Source of the DNA: Felis catus
Lineage: Eukaryota
NCBI RefSeq assembly: GCF_018350175.1
Contig: NC_058373.1
Location: forward strand, 116,252,001-116,316,000
Direction: 5' to 3'
Length of the DNA stretch: 64,000 nucleotides
Part shown: positions 40,876 to 55,798 of the stretch, piece by piece
Numbering within the stretch: the first letter of the stretch is position 1
Layout: each line of letters begins with the position of its first letter
Translations under genes and position numbers: made by a program
Notes under the pieces: model-generated
What the model saw: the letters and a program-made list of their open reading frames with translations, nothing else
The model's database searches: none
What the model was told of the DNA's origin: nothing

Positions 40876-41483
40876 ATAGGGGTCTTTTAAAGCAATAGGA
40901 TCTTGTAGTCACTTAGCTTAATCCACTGAAAAGATAGAACATGTAGAAAACTATACTCACCCAGCTCCTTTAGTCCAGTTTTGGAACTGATCCTGTTGAG
41001 AATGACCAGCTTGGAGTGTTAGGTGATTTTGTAATAGTAGAAACAATAGAAAGATGGAGCAATGGAAACAATTATGTTTAATATAATTTAAGAATGATTC
41101 CTTACAGCATAAATGTGGTAAGGTCTCAAGTTTCAAAAACGAAACTTGACTGTGGAAACAGATTTGTCACATTCTAGGCTGTTCTATTATAGCTTAAATA
41201 TGTTAATTGCTTTCTTAAACACTCTCCATAAGAACTTTGTGACAGAGGCATTATTCTCCTGTGTTAGTGATGCGGAAACTGAGGGGTTTAAAAGGCTGGA
41301 TAACTTGTCCAAGATCTCATTTAGCTGATGAAGAGATTTGAATATAGATACTCTGGCCCAGAGGCTGTGCTCTTAATTACATCTGTAGGAAAATGCTATT
41401 TCGCATTTTGAAGTACAAGGAACAGTGAAGAGTATAAATGTCATCTCATTGTTAAAAGATGTATTTTTCCTTCTATTCCTTGA

Positions 41484-41723
<240 letters not shown>

Positions 41724-42191
41724 TAAGTCCCTTGTTAGTAAACAAACCTAAAACACCGTGAAATGTAATTAGCTATGTATGAATCAGTAATTACACTTTT
41801 GAGGTTACATAAAGGTTCATTTACTGACCAATGTTATAATCTGTGCCATTTTAAAACTTCATTTTGAAAATTATGATTTTGAATATCATCTGACGTAACT
41901 GTTAGTTATTCACATGCCAGTATGTGTGTAGCAAGCTTAGTGATGGTATCACTGTGTAAAAAAATATGCCGTGTGAGATACAGTGGGGATATTTTAAAAA
42001 GATAACACTGCTTTTGTCTTCAAGATGTTTATATTGAACTTAGAAAAGACAAAACAGATAAAATTCTTATGTGGAACGCATAAGAGACACACATAAATAA
42101 ATGTGCCAAAGGGATTAATTATTAGTGGCTTCCTGGAGATGATTAGTTGTGAGCTGGGTTTTAAGACCATAGATGTGAGGTTGGCATAGAG

Positions 42192-42378
42192 CAGTGGTTT
42201 TGAACATTTGGCAATGTCTGGAAACACTTCCGTTTGTCACAGCTAGGAGAAATGCTACTGGCATCTGCTGGATAGAAGCCAGGGATACTATAAAACATCC
42301 CACAGTGGACAGCACAGCCCCTAAAACAAAGAATTATCTGGCTGAAAATAGCTGTAGTACCAAGGTTGAGAAACCCTG
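42192..42378 (+). mobile_element. MER20 hAT-Charlie MITE with perfect 8-bp TSD
   Basis: cagtggtt...gttgagaaaccctg termini; GCATAGAG at 42184-42191 and 42379-42386. Confidence 0.9.
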
Positions 42379-42678
42379 GCATAGAGGATAAGAAAAAAAG
42401 TGTTTGGGGAGGTATTTGCCAGTGTTTAGAGATAAAAATGGCTACATTATTTATAGGAAGAAAATTTTCTTTACTGTTTCCCACATATGTGTTTGGAAAG
42501 TAAAGGTTGTCTCTGCTTTTTTGCTGGAGTGTATTCCAGGGAACTTCATAGGAAAGTAAAGAATAGGGATATGATTATTTTTTTTGTCTGTTTTTCACTG
42601 TTAAATAGTATGGGATCTTTGGGATAGTGAAATGCTGACTAGGGCTGTGCTACATTTGGGAAATTTTAGACTCTTTCA

Positions 42679-43126
42679 TTTTTATTTTTATTTATGTTAT
42701 TATTTTTAACATTTTTTAATGTTTATTTTTGAGAGAGAGAGAGAGAGTGAGCAGGGGAGGAGCAGACAGAGACGAAGTCACAGAATCCGAAGCAGGCTCC
42801 AGGGGCTCGAACATGGAGCTCGAACTCATGAGCCATGAGATCATTACCTGAGCCCAAGTCAGATGCTAAACCGACTGAGCCACCTAGGCACCCCTCAATT
42901 TAATTAAAAAAATTTTTTTTAATGCTTATTTATTTTGGGGAGAGACAGAGAATGAGCACGCAAGAACAAGGGGCGGAGAGAGAACGAGAGAGAGAATCCC
43001 AAGCAGATTCTTCACTGTGAGCGCAGAGCACGTTGTGGGAGGCCCAGTCCCATGAACGGTGAGACCATGACCTGAGCTGAAATCAAGAGTCAGACACTGA
43101 ACCAATTGAGCCACCCAGGGACCCCC
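42679..43126 (-). mobile_element. Two tandem antisense Can-SINEs (42679-42894 and 42900-43126)
   Basis: Two SINE heads; outer tagactctttca TSD. Confidence 0.9.
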
Positions 43127-43688
43127 TAGACTCTTTCAGAGGAAGGGAAAACTGGTGAACTGTTGAATGGACGAGTTAAAGCTAAGAGATGTAATGTGGT
43201 AATTTCCTGTATAGCGTCAGGTGAGCAGCCTGCCAAAACAAAACAAAAGTGAAGGAGATGTAGGAGGGATTTGAAAACTACAGTGATAGAGACTGTAGGA
43301 AGAAATGAGAATTGAAAGCATTGAATCCAGTTCAGAGGAGCTTAGATTTAGTACAGCTTAATGAGACAAGGCCACAAACGTGACAGGGAGAAGGGAAGCC
43401 ACTAATGATACACTGTAAGTGATTTTTATAGATTCGCTGGCTATACAGTCATAACATGTAAAGATTCTGAATATTTTTCCCAGTACAACTTTTCTAAAAA
43501 CCTATTGATTAGTTTGCTTTAAGTATATGTCCTATTATCACCTTCTGTAGTTTTTAATGATCATAAAATATCCATAAGGAGTGTAGAGAATTGAGGGGGC
43601 TTAGATAATCCGCAAGCTGATTAAGTAGCCCTTGAATCATGACTTGAGTAAAGATGTTTTAAGCCTTTCAGTGCTGACTTTCTTTTAG

Positions 43689-43907
<219 letters not shown>

Positions 43908-45193
43908 TGAGAATGTGGTGTGATATTAAAGATATATGTAGATTTTATTTTTAAATTGAAATGTCCCCAATTACCCATTGAAGTTTTTACTTGGTTACCA
44001 AGTTGGAAAATGTTTTCTGTTTTGGTCCTTTTTGAGATAAAATTTAACTTAATAGGGCTCGCAAACATTGACTCTCTTGAATTCATTAAAATTTTTTTTG
44101 TGGCAATTTTAATATGTTTATATCAAGAAATCTTTTTTATTGTCAATAAGAATCATGGAACTCTACTTAAAAGCCAGAGAATTTGAGGTGTTAGTGATCA
44201 CAAGGTTATAGGTAATATGACTCTAAATATAAAAGGTATTAGAGCACTCTTTGTATTTCCCTATTTCGTAGCACTAGTCTTAATAATGAACAATATTAGT
44301 CTATTAAAACTTGGTGCTTCCTGTTGATGGAAGTAAAAAAGATTGGGTTTACTCTCCTATCTGAAACAATGAAAGAGAAGAAAAATGCACAAAACCTTGG
44401 TTTTCAAGGCATCGGAGGTACAACAAAAAGGACAGTGATTCCCAAGAGATGAAACACGTTATGTGAGCCCTATAATTGCCCCAGCTTACTGCCTTAAGGG
44501 AGTTTCCAGGCTTCGTCACCGGCTGCAACACGGGGAGGAGGTACTGAAATAGAGCCCAGCAGACTTCCTGAGTTGAGGAAATGGAGCCACGAGTCCAGGG
44601 AGACCAAGGCCTCCAGCTCAGAATGTCAAAAAGAGGACTGTTGTTCACAGGGAGAACCTCAGAGTTCCACAGCAGGTCTCCACAGCTGTCAGCAGAGCAC
44701 TGACACCTGAGTGTATGTGAGGAAACTACCTGAGGCCAGGGGAGAAGCATGTGAAAGAAATAGAGGAACAGTGTCTGACACACAGGGACAGGAATAGTGT
44801 CTGTTCCCACCTGTCTGAATGAAAAAACTCATAATTCAAGTTTTATGGTGCATTGTGTAGAGTACTCAGGAAAGTCTTGCCTGAAAAGTGGGCAGTAGTT
44901 AGCCCTAGCATGAGCACTGCTCCAGACCCACCAAACAAGTCATAAAAGCAAGACCTAAAATGATCAAACTGTTTCCAAGTAGCATAACAAAGTTCAAGAA
45001 GACTTAACAGAAATCTAAAAATTGTTAACCACCTAAAACTTTTCACAGCGGCATCCAACCAAAGATAACAAAGCATGCAAAGAAGCAGTAAAACATGATT
45101 TATAATGAGGGCAATAATGAATCCATTGAAACCAACCTATAATTATCACAGATGTTAGAATTAGCTGTCAAAGACATTAAAAAAAGTATAATT

Positions 45194-45933
45194 GGGGATG
45201 CCTGGGTGGCTCAGTTGGTTAAGCATTTGACTCTTGATGTAAGCGCAGGTCATGATCTCACAGTGCCTGAGATCAAGCCGCATGGGGCTCTGTTGTGATA
45301 ACACAGAACCTGTTTGGGATTCCCTTTCTCTCTCCCTGTCTCTTTTCTGGTCTCACACAAGCACTTCCTCTCCCTCTCTCCCTCCCTCTCTCTCCCTCCC
45401 TCCCTCTCTCTCCCTCCCTCTCTCTCCCTCCCTCTCTCCCCCTCCCTCTCTCCCCCTCCCTCTCTCCCCCTCCCTCTCTCCCCCTCCCTCTCTCCCCCTC
45501 CCTCTCTCCCCCTCCCTCTCTCCCCCTCCCTCTCTCCCCCTCCCTCTCTCCCCCCCTCCCTCTCTCCCCCTCCCTCTCTCCCCCTCCCTCTCTCCCCCTC
45601 CCTCTCTCCCCCTCCCTCTCTCCCCCTCCCTCTCTCCCCCTCCCTTTCTCCCTCTCCCTTTCTCCCTCTCTCTCTCCCTCTCTATGTCTCGCTCTCTCCC
45701 TTTCTCTCTGTCTCTGTCTCTCTGTCTCTCAAACTTGAAAAAAAATTAAAACAAGGGGCACCTGGGTAGTGGGTTGAATGTCTGATCTCACAGTTTGTGG
45801 GGTTGAACCCCACATCAGACTTTGCTCTGACGGTGTGGAGTCTGCTTCAGATTCTCTGTCTCCCTCTTTCTTTGCCCCTCCCCCCTTGCACTCTTTCAAA
45901 AATAAATAAATATTAAAAATAAATAAGTAAAAA
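45194..45933 (+). mobile_element. Two tandem sense Can-SINEs (45194-45751 with hyper-expanded CT region; 45755-45933)
   Basis: ggggatgcctgggtggctcag and ggggcacctgggtag heads, A tails. Confidence 0.88.
45364..45683. repeat. 320-bp pure polypyrimidine minisatellite, main unit CCCCCTCCCTCTCT (14 bp)
   Basis: No purine on the + strand across the interval; 14-bp periodicity visible. Confidence 0.93.
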
Positions 45934-47482
45934 ATATTAATTGTACTCTGTGTTAAAAAAGTTGAGACATGAGAGATATTTTTAAAGATCCAAAACAAAC
46001 TTATTGAAATAGTTCTTTTATAGAGATGAAACTGCAATGTCTGAGAGATGAAAAATAAAACAGATGGGATTAATGGTAGATTAGATATCACAGAAGAAAA
46101 TATTAGTGAACTTGAAAGCATAGCAATAGAAACTATCCAAAATGAAACAGAGAAAAGAGTCCTCTCCCACTCCTGTCCCCCAGTGAAAAGAGCATATGAA
46201 TAAAATGAAAGTAAGCTGTGAGACAACTTCAAGAGACGGGAAGAGAGAAAAAATTTGGAAGAAGAGTTGGAAAACTTTCCAAATTTGATGAAAATGCTAA
46301 ACATACACATTCAAAAATGTTCATGAACCCCAAGCACACGAAACATGAGGAAAACTACACCAGAGCACGTAATTGCTCAAAACTTGTGGTAAAAATCTTT
46401 AAAAACTGCAAGAGGACGAAAAGACTGTTGTACAGAGGAATAAGGATAAGGAAGACATTAGATTTATTGTTGGAAATAATGCAAGTAAGAAGAAAGTGGA
46501 TCAACATTTTTTAAGTACTGAAAGGAAAAAAACCCACAAAACTGTCAACCTAGAATTCTTTACCCAGAAAAAGTATCTTTTAAAAGTGAAGATGAAATAA
46601 AGACATTTTCAGACTGCAAAAAACAGAGAATTTTTGCAGGCAGACCCACACTGCAGAATGTTGAGGGATATATTTCAGGCAGAAGGAAAATAATACCAAA
46701 TGGAAATACATACCTATCCAAAGGAACAAGGATCACTGGTAACGGTAAGTTAACTACATGGCTAAATATACGATATTTTTTTTCTTGCTAATTCAGTCCC
46801 TTTAATAATTGGATATTTTAAAAAAACAATAACAATGTATTGTGTGATTTATGACAAGTAAAAGTAAAGTGCATGACAGTCCCATAAGGCTGGGAAGGGA
46901 CCTATAAAAGCATACTGCTGTTAAGTTTCTTACGTGAGTATATGAGCTGGTATAACATCACTTGTAGCACACTGCCATAAAATGTGTATTATAATCCTAA
47001 TAAACCAACCACTAAAATGTAAGAGTTCCAGCTAGGAAGTTAAAAAGGGAGATAAAATGGATTCGTAAAAATTACTCTTTTAACCTAAAAGAAGGCAGAA
47101 AAAGAAGGAAAAGAGATCAAGAAAATATCGACAGATAGAAAATAAATGACAAGATAGAAAAAGTCAAAAATTGAATTGGGGGAAGAAAGCAAGACCCAAC
47201 TTTGTTGTCTATAAGAAATTTCTGCCTTTAAATATAAAGGCAGAAATAGGTTAAAAGTAAAAGAATTGAGAAAGATATATCATGCTGATACTAATCAAAG
47301 TAAAGCTGGAATAGCACTATTATTGTCAGACACAGTAGATTTTAGAACAAAGAATATTACTAAGGATAAAGAAAGTCATTTTTATAAAGATAAGGGGTCA
47401 GCTCATTCATAGGATTCAATCATCCTGTATGTTTTTACACTTAAAGCGGAGCTTCAAAATAAAAGCTAATAGAAATAGAAAC

Positions 47483-47686
47483 AGGGGCACCTGGATGGCT
47501 CAGTCGGTTAAGCATCTGACTCTTGGTTTCAGCTCAGGTCATGATCTCATGGTTTATGAGTTCGAGCCCCATGTCAGGCCCTGCCCTGACAGCGTGGAGC
47601 CTGACTGTGATTCTCTCTGCTCCTCTCTGGCACGCGCGCGCGCGTTCTCTCTTTCTCAAAATAGATAAATTAAAAAAAAAAAAAAA
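47483..47686 (+). mobile_element. Can-SINE
   Basis: ggggcacctggatggctcagtcgg head, A tail. Confidence 0.9.
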
Positions 47687-47867
47687 GACAAATAGGAGAA
47701 ATAGACAAATTCACATTATAGTGTAATTCAGTACCCCTCTCTGAATTATTGATTAGAATAAATATGTAGAAGATCAGCAAGGACATCGCAGACTTGAACA
47801 ATACCAGCAGCCAACCTAAGTTGAGTGACATTTATGGTACTCCACTCAGAACAATGAAATACACATT

Positions 47868-48071
47868 CTTTTTTTTTTTTTTTTAAAGTTTATACATTTT
47901 TGAGAGAGAACAGAGCACAGGTGGGGAAGGGGCACAGAGAGAGGGAGACACAGGATCCGAAGCAGGCTCCAGGCTCTGAGCTGTCAGCACAGAGCCTGAC
48001 GCGGGGTTCGAACTCCCGAGCAGTGAGATCATGACCTGAGCCGAAGTCGGATTGAGCCACCCAGGCGCCCC
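47868..48071 (-). mobile_element. Can-SINE
   Basis: T tail, antisense body, ccaggcgcccc head. Confidence 0.9.
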
Positions 48072-50434
48072 AAAATGTATATTCTTTTAAGTGCAGCTGG
48101 AACATTTACCAAGATAAACCATATTCTGGTCCATAAAATAAGGGTCAAATTTAAAAGGATTCACGTCATACTTAGTGTGTTCTTTGACTGTAGTGGAATT
48201 AACGATAAGTTAAAAACAAAACGAACCTTGGAAAGTCCCTAAATATTTGGAAGCTAAATAATACTTCAGAATAACTCATGGATCAAAGAAGAAATTAGGA
48301 GGGAAATTAGAAAGTATTTTGAACTGAATAAAAATGAACACAACATGTCACAGTATTGGGGCTGACAGTAACACATTACTCAGAAGAATTTATAGCCCTA
48401 AGTAAGAAGAAAGGCCAATTCAGTGACTTCACCTTCCATCTTAAGAAACTAGAGAAAGAAGAATACACTAAGCCCAAGTAAGCAGAAGAAAGAGAGTAGT
48501 AAAGAACAAAGCAGAAATCCACTAGAAAACAAAAGCAATAGAGAAAAATGGAGGAAACCAAATACTCAATTAAATTGATAAACCTTTAGCAAGGCTGATT
48601 AGGGAAAAAAAGAGAAAAGTGCAAATTGCCAGCAACAGGAATAAGATAAGATACCACTACAGATTCTACAGGTGTTAAATGGATAATAGAATATTATGAT
48701 CAGCTGTATGTGAATAAACTTGACAATGTACAAATTTCTTGACAGGTATAAATCATCATAGTTCATTCTGAATGGTACATTACCTTAATGGTACTATATC
48801 TATTAAATAGAAATTGTAGATAAACACCTGCCCACAAAAAAAAAAAAAAAAAAAAAACAAAACTCCAGGCCTAAATGGCATCAAAATAATATCCCAAATC
48901 AGTTAAGTGGAGAAATGGTAGGCTTTTCAACAAATGGTGCTGTAACCATTGGATTTTCATATGAAAAAAACCCTTTTATACTTACATTGTACCATATTAT
49001 AAAATTATAAAAATTAACTCAAAATGGATCCTGGGTCTAAATGTATACTCCAAAGCAATGACATTCCTAGAAAAAAACAAAACATAGTAGAAGAAAAATT
49101 TTTGTGACCTTGAATTAGGCAAAATTTTGTACATGTGACACCAAAAACAGTAAAAGAGTAAGTTGGTAAATTGGATTCATCAAAATTTAAAACTAGCAGA
49201 GACTGAAGGGGAGCACACGTTGAGTGACGAGAACTATAAACAGTATGTAATGTAGTGGAAGGGCCAAGGATCATTGGATTTGACAAATCTAGAATTCCAC
49301 AACTGCCATATAAGAACAAATGAAAATACTAGTGTTTATTGATTTGAAAATACTATTGAACTTGTTTTAATCTGAGAGAACTATGAAACAAACCTAGTAC
49401 AGAGATACTTGTTAATTTTTTTAGGTCAGTTGATTATAAATATGGCATTGACTTAATAAAAACAATAAAATTTTTTTTTATTATAAAGATATTTCTTTAC
49501 CCATTCTAGAAAATGAAATATGCAGGAAGATTCTAAGACAACAAGGGCAAACCATAATCCTTCCACCCAGAGAAGACCATTGTTAGTAGTGTCATTTTGA
49601 TATATCGTCTTTTTTAACCCATATGTGTATTCTTTTAAATAACAGCGTACATCTTCCTATACATATAGTTTTGTGTCCTGCTTTCTTTGCATAGTAAATG
49701 TACTGAGCGTGTTCCCATGTCAGTAAATGATTCTTAAAAATAAGACTTTTAGTAAATATTTAACATTTTGTGAATATAATTTCCCCAAGAAGTAATTGAG
49801 ATAGATTCTTCTTTTTTGCTGTGACATATAAAAATCCTCTCCATTGCTATATATAGTATCTGGGTCATCATACTGTTTCTTTGCAGCATCAGTTTAATAA
49901 AATCTGGAACTGTCTCAGCAGGTTTGATAGAGGCAGCATTGGTGGTTTTTATTACTGTCTTCATTCTCAATATATGTAATAGCTTGTATAGAAGTAATTC
50001 TAGTAAATTAGTTTTGAGATTATTTCAGGTGATTTCGAGATGTGGAAAATGAAATCACTTGGTGTCAAAATGTGGTTACAAACTTTGTCCTATAAAACAA
50101 CTTTTCAATTTAACTTTCTAGAGACTGTTTTGAGATTTTGTTTTTCAAACTTGTTTGTGTGTCTCCTTTTATTTGCTATTCAGGTTGGTTAGTTATTTGG
50201 CAACAAATGTAGCAGAAAATGTGACAGATGTTACCAGTAAACTTTTAAAATAGAAATTAAAATTATGCATTATGATTAGAACTTCACAATTTACTGTAGC
50301 ATGCTTTATTTGCACATAAGATTTTGTGTTAATTTTCCACACAAACTGGTTTCTTTTTCAGTATGATCCAAAACTTTATTCAAAACCAGCACCAAAAAAA
50401 CATGTTCGCAAGGACAGTATCAACTCGTTATTGA

Positions 50435-50689
<255 letters not shown>

Positions 50690-51844
50690 TAGGGAGTGAT
50701 GTTTGTGATAAAAGGTGGAGGTTTTGTATCATTCATGCATTATAGTAAGATATTAATTTTTAAATTTATTTTCCCTAGATGTTTACATCAGATAGGGAAC
50801 CAAAGGACATACGAACTTTAAAAAATAATGATATGTAAATGAAGCATCCTTGAACTATTTTTTTGGCAAGGGTATTAAAATATTTGGGCATTTGTTAAAA
50901 ATAAGAATTAGCATTCTTGAAATTCATTTTTAAAATGCCAACACCACCTCTCCCAATATTTTAAGTCTTCTGTAGGTGAAATTTATTAAAATCCATCATC
51001 GGTTAGATAGAGAAATGTCAAGACTAGCATATATATTCTTTGGGACACTGAAAGCAGAAGATCGGTATCCCTTTGCTATTTAAACAGTGGGTCTAAAGTG
51101 TCAAATGTTATTAATTTTAAGTTTTCTAAAAATGGAAGCCTCAAATACCTAATGCTTCACCTTCCATGCAAAATCAGTGTGGATTGTCAATGCGGACTGT
51201 TTGCTTTTTTTCTGAGCTAGGAAAAACCCTTGCTTGTATTGGTTATTTGCCCAATAGATGCTAACAGGCAGAACTTCTCCCCCGTCCTGAAAACTATTTG
51301 TTTAGCTCTGTCTATACCATCAGCTGTACTTTTCTGTTTATAGACAGACATCTAGAATAAGCTGCCTGTGTCAACTGCTCCATTTCTTCAAGACCCATCC
51401 ATACTTTTTTCCTCATTGCACTCCTGAAATTATTATAGTGTGTATGAGTTAATAATCTCTAATTGCCAAGTTTATGTCCTTTCTCATTCTTCATTCTTTG
51501 TGAGTGCTGTATCATTTAGTACCTTGTGAATAATATCTTCCATTTTTATATTATCCTCATTGTTGATCTGTGATTTTATGCTACTCTGATGATCATCATA
51601 CTTTTCAGATAACTTTACCTTTGTTGATGCTTCTTTGGTCTTTGGACTACTTCTTAGTTTATGAGAATTTTTTAGGGTTTTATTTGGCCCTCTTTTCAGC
51701 CTGCAACTCCTTGCCGGTGAAGCCACACTTTTTTATTACCTTGTTACCCCTTTGAATGGATTATGTCTAGATTTATGTGTCACAGTCTTCATCCTTCTCA
51801 CAAGCGTTAGTTCGGCATACTAAGAGGCATTTGGGCACATTAAG

Positions 51845-52065
51845 AAAAAAAAATTTTTTTTCAGTGTTTATTTTTTTGAGAGAGAGGGAGAGACAGGGAA
51901 TGAGTGGTGGAGGGGCAGAGAGAGAGGGATACACAGAATCCAAAGCAGGCTCCAGGCTCTGAGCTGTCAGCACAGACCCTGATGCGGGGCTCGAACTCAT
52001 GGACCATAAGATCGTGACCTGAGCCGAAGTTGGCCCCTTAACTGACTGAGCCACCCAGGCACCCC
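51845..52065 (-). mobile_element. Can-SINE
   Basis: Antisense body; gcacatt flanking duplication. Confidence 0.9.
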
Positions 52066-53243
52066 AAGAGCACATTTTAAAAATAGCACCTCATCATCTT
52101 CTGATAAATGTTTTTCTTTCCCAGCTCCTATGCTTTTGACAATAGTGTACTGACTCCAAATCCCAAAGCCTCTATCCCTTACTCCTCAGTCTGTAATAAC
52201 AAGTAACCAAGTCCCTTTGATTAAATTTGGTGCTTCTCTGTCAAAATTTCTGGCCTTTATTCTTCTCATTCTAACCATTATAATCCATCCCTTTATTGCC
52301 TTAAACTATTTAAATTCTTGCTTCAGTGTCTCTTGTCCCACGTTAACTTTGTTCACTGTTCTCAGGTTAATCTGGTTAGATATGGAAAGGTAAAAGATGA
52401 CTGAGATTTTAAAAGTGTTTTAGATTTTAAGTCTGTTGACTAGAAGCATAGTAATATCATAAACAGAAGGGCTGGAACAGAGACTTTTAGAGGCCAGATG
52501 TTGGAATTGAAAGAGTTTAGAGCTTACCTGGTGTCCTGTCCAACCAAGGGCCACATGGCAAACTCAGTGAGCTTGGTCCATTGTAGAGTTGTAGGGTGGT
52601 AAGAGATCATCCTAGTGAAATTGTTTGGCATGCTATTGGAAATGAACTGGAACTTGGGAGAAAAGCCATGATTTGGGAAGTAGCTGCAAAATACCTTTTG
52701 AACATTTTTATGGAAAGTTAATAAAATCTCTTATAGGGAGACAGCTTAACTTGATGATTTTGAAAATGAAAATGATTTTGAAAATGCAGATAATATACTT
52801 AATACAAATACTATGGAATTATTTAGTAAACTTGGAACTTGTGGACAGAACTAGAATTCTTATAAGAATTCTTATTTCCTGAATGGAGTGGTGTCATATA
52901 AGAAAGCATTGTACCTTAACTATACTTAAGTGTGGTAATGAGCCAAGGAGTAAGATGGACCTGTCTACCATATGCCATCTCAGTAATGTTAAGCTCGATG
53001 CAAATTATTAATGAACCACAATAAGCTTAAGAGTCTGGAAAGATTTGAGATCTCTTCTGACACCACAGTGACACCAGTATCTGGAGCTGATATTTCGTCT
53101 GCTGTTGATATTTCAACAGAATTAATATAGGTCATTTCTTACCTGTAGAATATTTTACTTGAAATTATTTCAGGCATTTTGAAAGTTGCTTATAAAGTTA
53201 TCAGGACCTCAGTACTATAATCTGTCTTTTGTTTCATTTTTAG

Positions 53244-53276
53244 AGTGTTCAACCAGATTCTTCTTCTCCCAGACAT
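53244..53276 (+). CDS. PCNX1: PCNX1 33-nt exon (probably 13), phase 0-0, SVQPDSSSPRH
   Basis: catttttag|AGTG acceptor and CAT|gtaagt donor; completes LLKSVQPDSSSPRHGHN. Confidence 0.93.
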
Positions 53277-54743
53277 GTAAGTCGTTCTAATATGCCTGTC
53301 ATTTGTAATTTCCTAACATTTATCAAAGCACCCCCTTTTTTTGTTATATGTCAGATTGAATTAAGATTTATGTTGTTATTTTCTCATCTAAGTTTTGACA
53401 TTCTACTAGAAATACAGGTGATGTATTAGCATGAAGCAAAAGGCATTGTAATTGTGGACTCTGAATCTAGTTTGAAAATGAGCATAATAATTCATTTTCT
53501 GACAGCCTGTTTCAGGAGGAGATAATCAGGTAGACTTGGTTCATAAAACTCTTAGTTATTTCATAACTTGCATTTAGTAAATTTTGAAGAATAAATCATA
53601 AGTATTAAAAAATAGAATTTTGAAGAAGGGGAAACTGTACATCATTTTGCTTAGGTAGCCATTAGGAGGAAGAAGAAAGAAGTAATACGTTGATCTGGTG
53701 TTTAGACCTGTGGACTCTGAGGAGATTAAAAACCTTATTATTCACTTTGTGACTTTAGAAAAATAGTATTAGCTGATACAGTATTTTTTGTGAAGTATGA
53801 TCCAATTTTAGAACTCACCATAGAGTATTTATTTAATACTTAGAAAGTCCAAAGGGCATTCTCTTTAAAGTAGTTCAAAAACAGACTCCAAGAACGGTTT
53901 ATGATGATGCTTCTTTCTTGAATATTATTTCTACCCATACACTGGAATACTTAATAGAGTGTAGGTGAACAAAACAAGGAGGCAAATGATTTTCTTTCAA
54001 CTGATTGTTTAATATTTTGTAAGAATGTTTTTGAAGTGTATTGATATATGGCAACATTGTTTTTAATTTCAAATTTTGACGTAATTTGAAATTTAGGGAA
54101 AAGTTGTAAGGATTATGCAAAGAATTCCTGATGCCATTTACCCAGATCCCTGTGTGAACATTTTCCCATATTTAATTACTCTCTTTCTAGTTCTTCTCCA
54201 TCCCTTCCCCACCCCCCTGGCTCCACACACACTTCTGAGAGTGAATTGTAGACACACGTCCCTTTACCTCTAAATACTGCCATGTATGTTTCCTAGAAAC
54301 AAAGGCATTCCTTTGTATTATTAATTCAATATAATTATTAAAATCAGGACATTAAACATTGATAGAATACTATGTACGAATCTACAGATGTTACTCCGGT
54401 GTTTCCTGTTGAACTCGGTTGGCAATAGAAAATGCCTGATTTTGCATTTGTTCTTTTTTGCCTCTTTTAATCTGGAGCAATTCTTTAGTATGTGTTTGTC
54501 TTTCACAATATTGACACTTTTGATGAGTACATGCCAGTTATTTTGTAGACCATCCCTTAATTTGAGTTCGTCCGATGTTTCTTCTTGATTAGATATAGGA
54601 CTTGCTTTTTTTGAAAGGAAAATTATGAAAATGATACGTTCTTCTCAGTGCCTCGTATCAGGAAGCACATGATGTTCATTTATCCTTTTACTAGTGATGT
54701 TAGCACTAGTGTGCTTTCATATTTTGGCTAAGGGTAGTATCTG

Positions 54744-54996
54744 CAGGGTTTTTCAAACTCTGCAGTATTAACATTTGGGGCTGGATAATTCTTTTTTGAG
54801 AATTGGTGGGAGGGAGGGTTGTTGTCTTGTGCATTATCGGATGTATAGCATTATCTCTGACTTCTACCCATTAGATGCCAGTAGCACACTCTGCACCTGT
54901 GACAACCAGAATGTCTCCAGACATTGCCGAATGTCCTCTAGGGGCAAATTTTGCCTCTGAAGGACAAAATTTCCTCCCACTCCCTTGAGAACCGCT
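54744..54996 (-). mobile_element. MER20
   Basis: ctacccattagatgccagtagcac...gtgacaaccagaatgtctccagacattgcc. Confidence 0.85.
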
Positions 54997-55569
54997 TCTT
55001 CTTATAATGTTACTGTTTTTCTTCTAGAGTTAATATGTGTCTCATAGAGAGACTTTATATATGTCTCCTTGCCCTGGAAACTTCCACCTACTTGTTTTCA
55101 GTAAAAATCTTACTGATATTTCTTGTCTGAATCAGTTATCATTTGATGGCTGCCAAGTAGTAGTTTTCTAATTCCATCATTCCTTCCACATTAGTGGACT
55201 TCTTACTGTAAGAACTTTCCCTTCTGTCTTTACTTACTTGTATTGGTATGGAATCATGGATTCATATTTTATTCAGTGGACAATAATGTTAGTAACATTA
55301 TTTATTTTGATGCACAAATTGTTCCTCATCTGGCCATTGGGAGCTCACCAACCTGCCCAGAAAGGGCAGAAAGTCCTTTTGACATATCTTTATCACTCTT
55401 TAAGTACTTCCATCCTTTTCACAATAATATGTTCCAGGCTTATCTTATAATTTCCCTAACCCTAGCCCAAAATCAGCCTTTTCTCTGTGAAGGCCTGGTT
55501 TTTTTTTTTTGGTTGTTTTTTTGTTTTTTTTTTTTTTTAACAAATAATGTTATCTCTGAACTAAGATTT

Positions 55570-55798
55570 TGGGTGCCTGGGTGGCTCAGTTGATTAAGCA
55601 TCCAACTTCAGCTCAGGTCATGATCTCACAGTTTGTGAGTTCAGGCCCCACATTGGGCTCTGTGCTGACAGCTCAGAACTTGGAGCCTGCTTCAGATTCT
55701 GTGACTCCCTCTCTCTCTCTGCCCCTCCCCTGCTCACGCTCTGTCTCTGTCTCTGTCTCTCTCTCAAAAATAAAAATAAGCATTATTTTTTTTTTTTA
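55570..55798 (+). mobile_element. Can-SINE
   Basis: gggtgcctgggtggctcag head; aactaagat TSD. Confidence 0.9.

Larger units (their letters stand above)
44320..49200 (+). mobile_element. Large decayed sense L1 (5' region, ORF1 and ORF2 endonuclease remnants), interrupted by four SINEs
   Basis: A-rich sense strand; ORF1-type caacctagaattc..taccc motif; EN-type aaagctggaatagcactat..tcagac..gattttagaacaa motif; frames disrupted. Confidence 0.8.

Noticed and set aside
45252..45769. Three overlapping Pro/Ser/Leu-rich ORFs of 147-165 aa
   Set aside because: Artefact of the stop-free CT minisatellite inside a SINE
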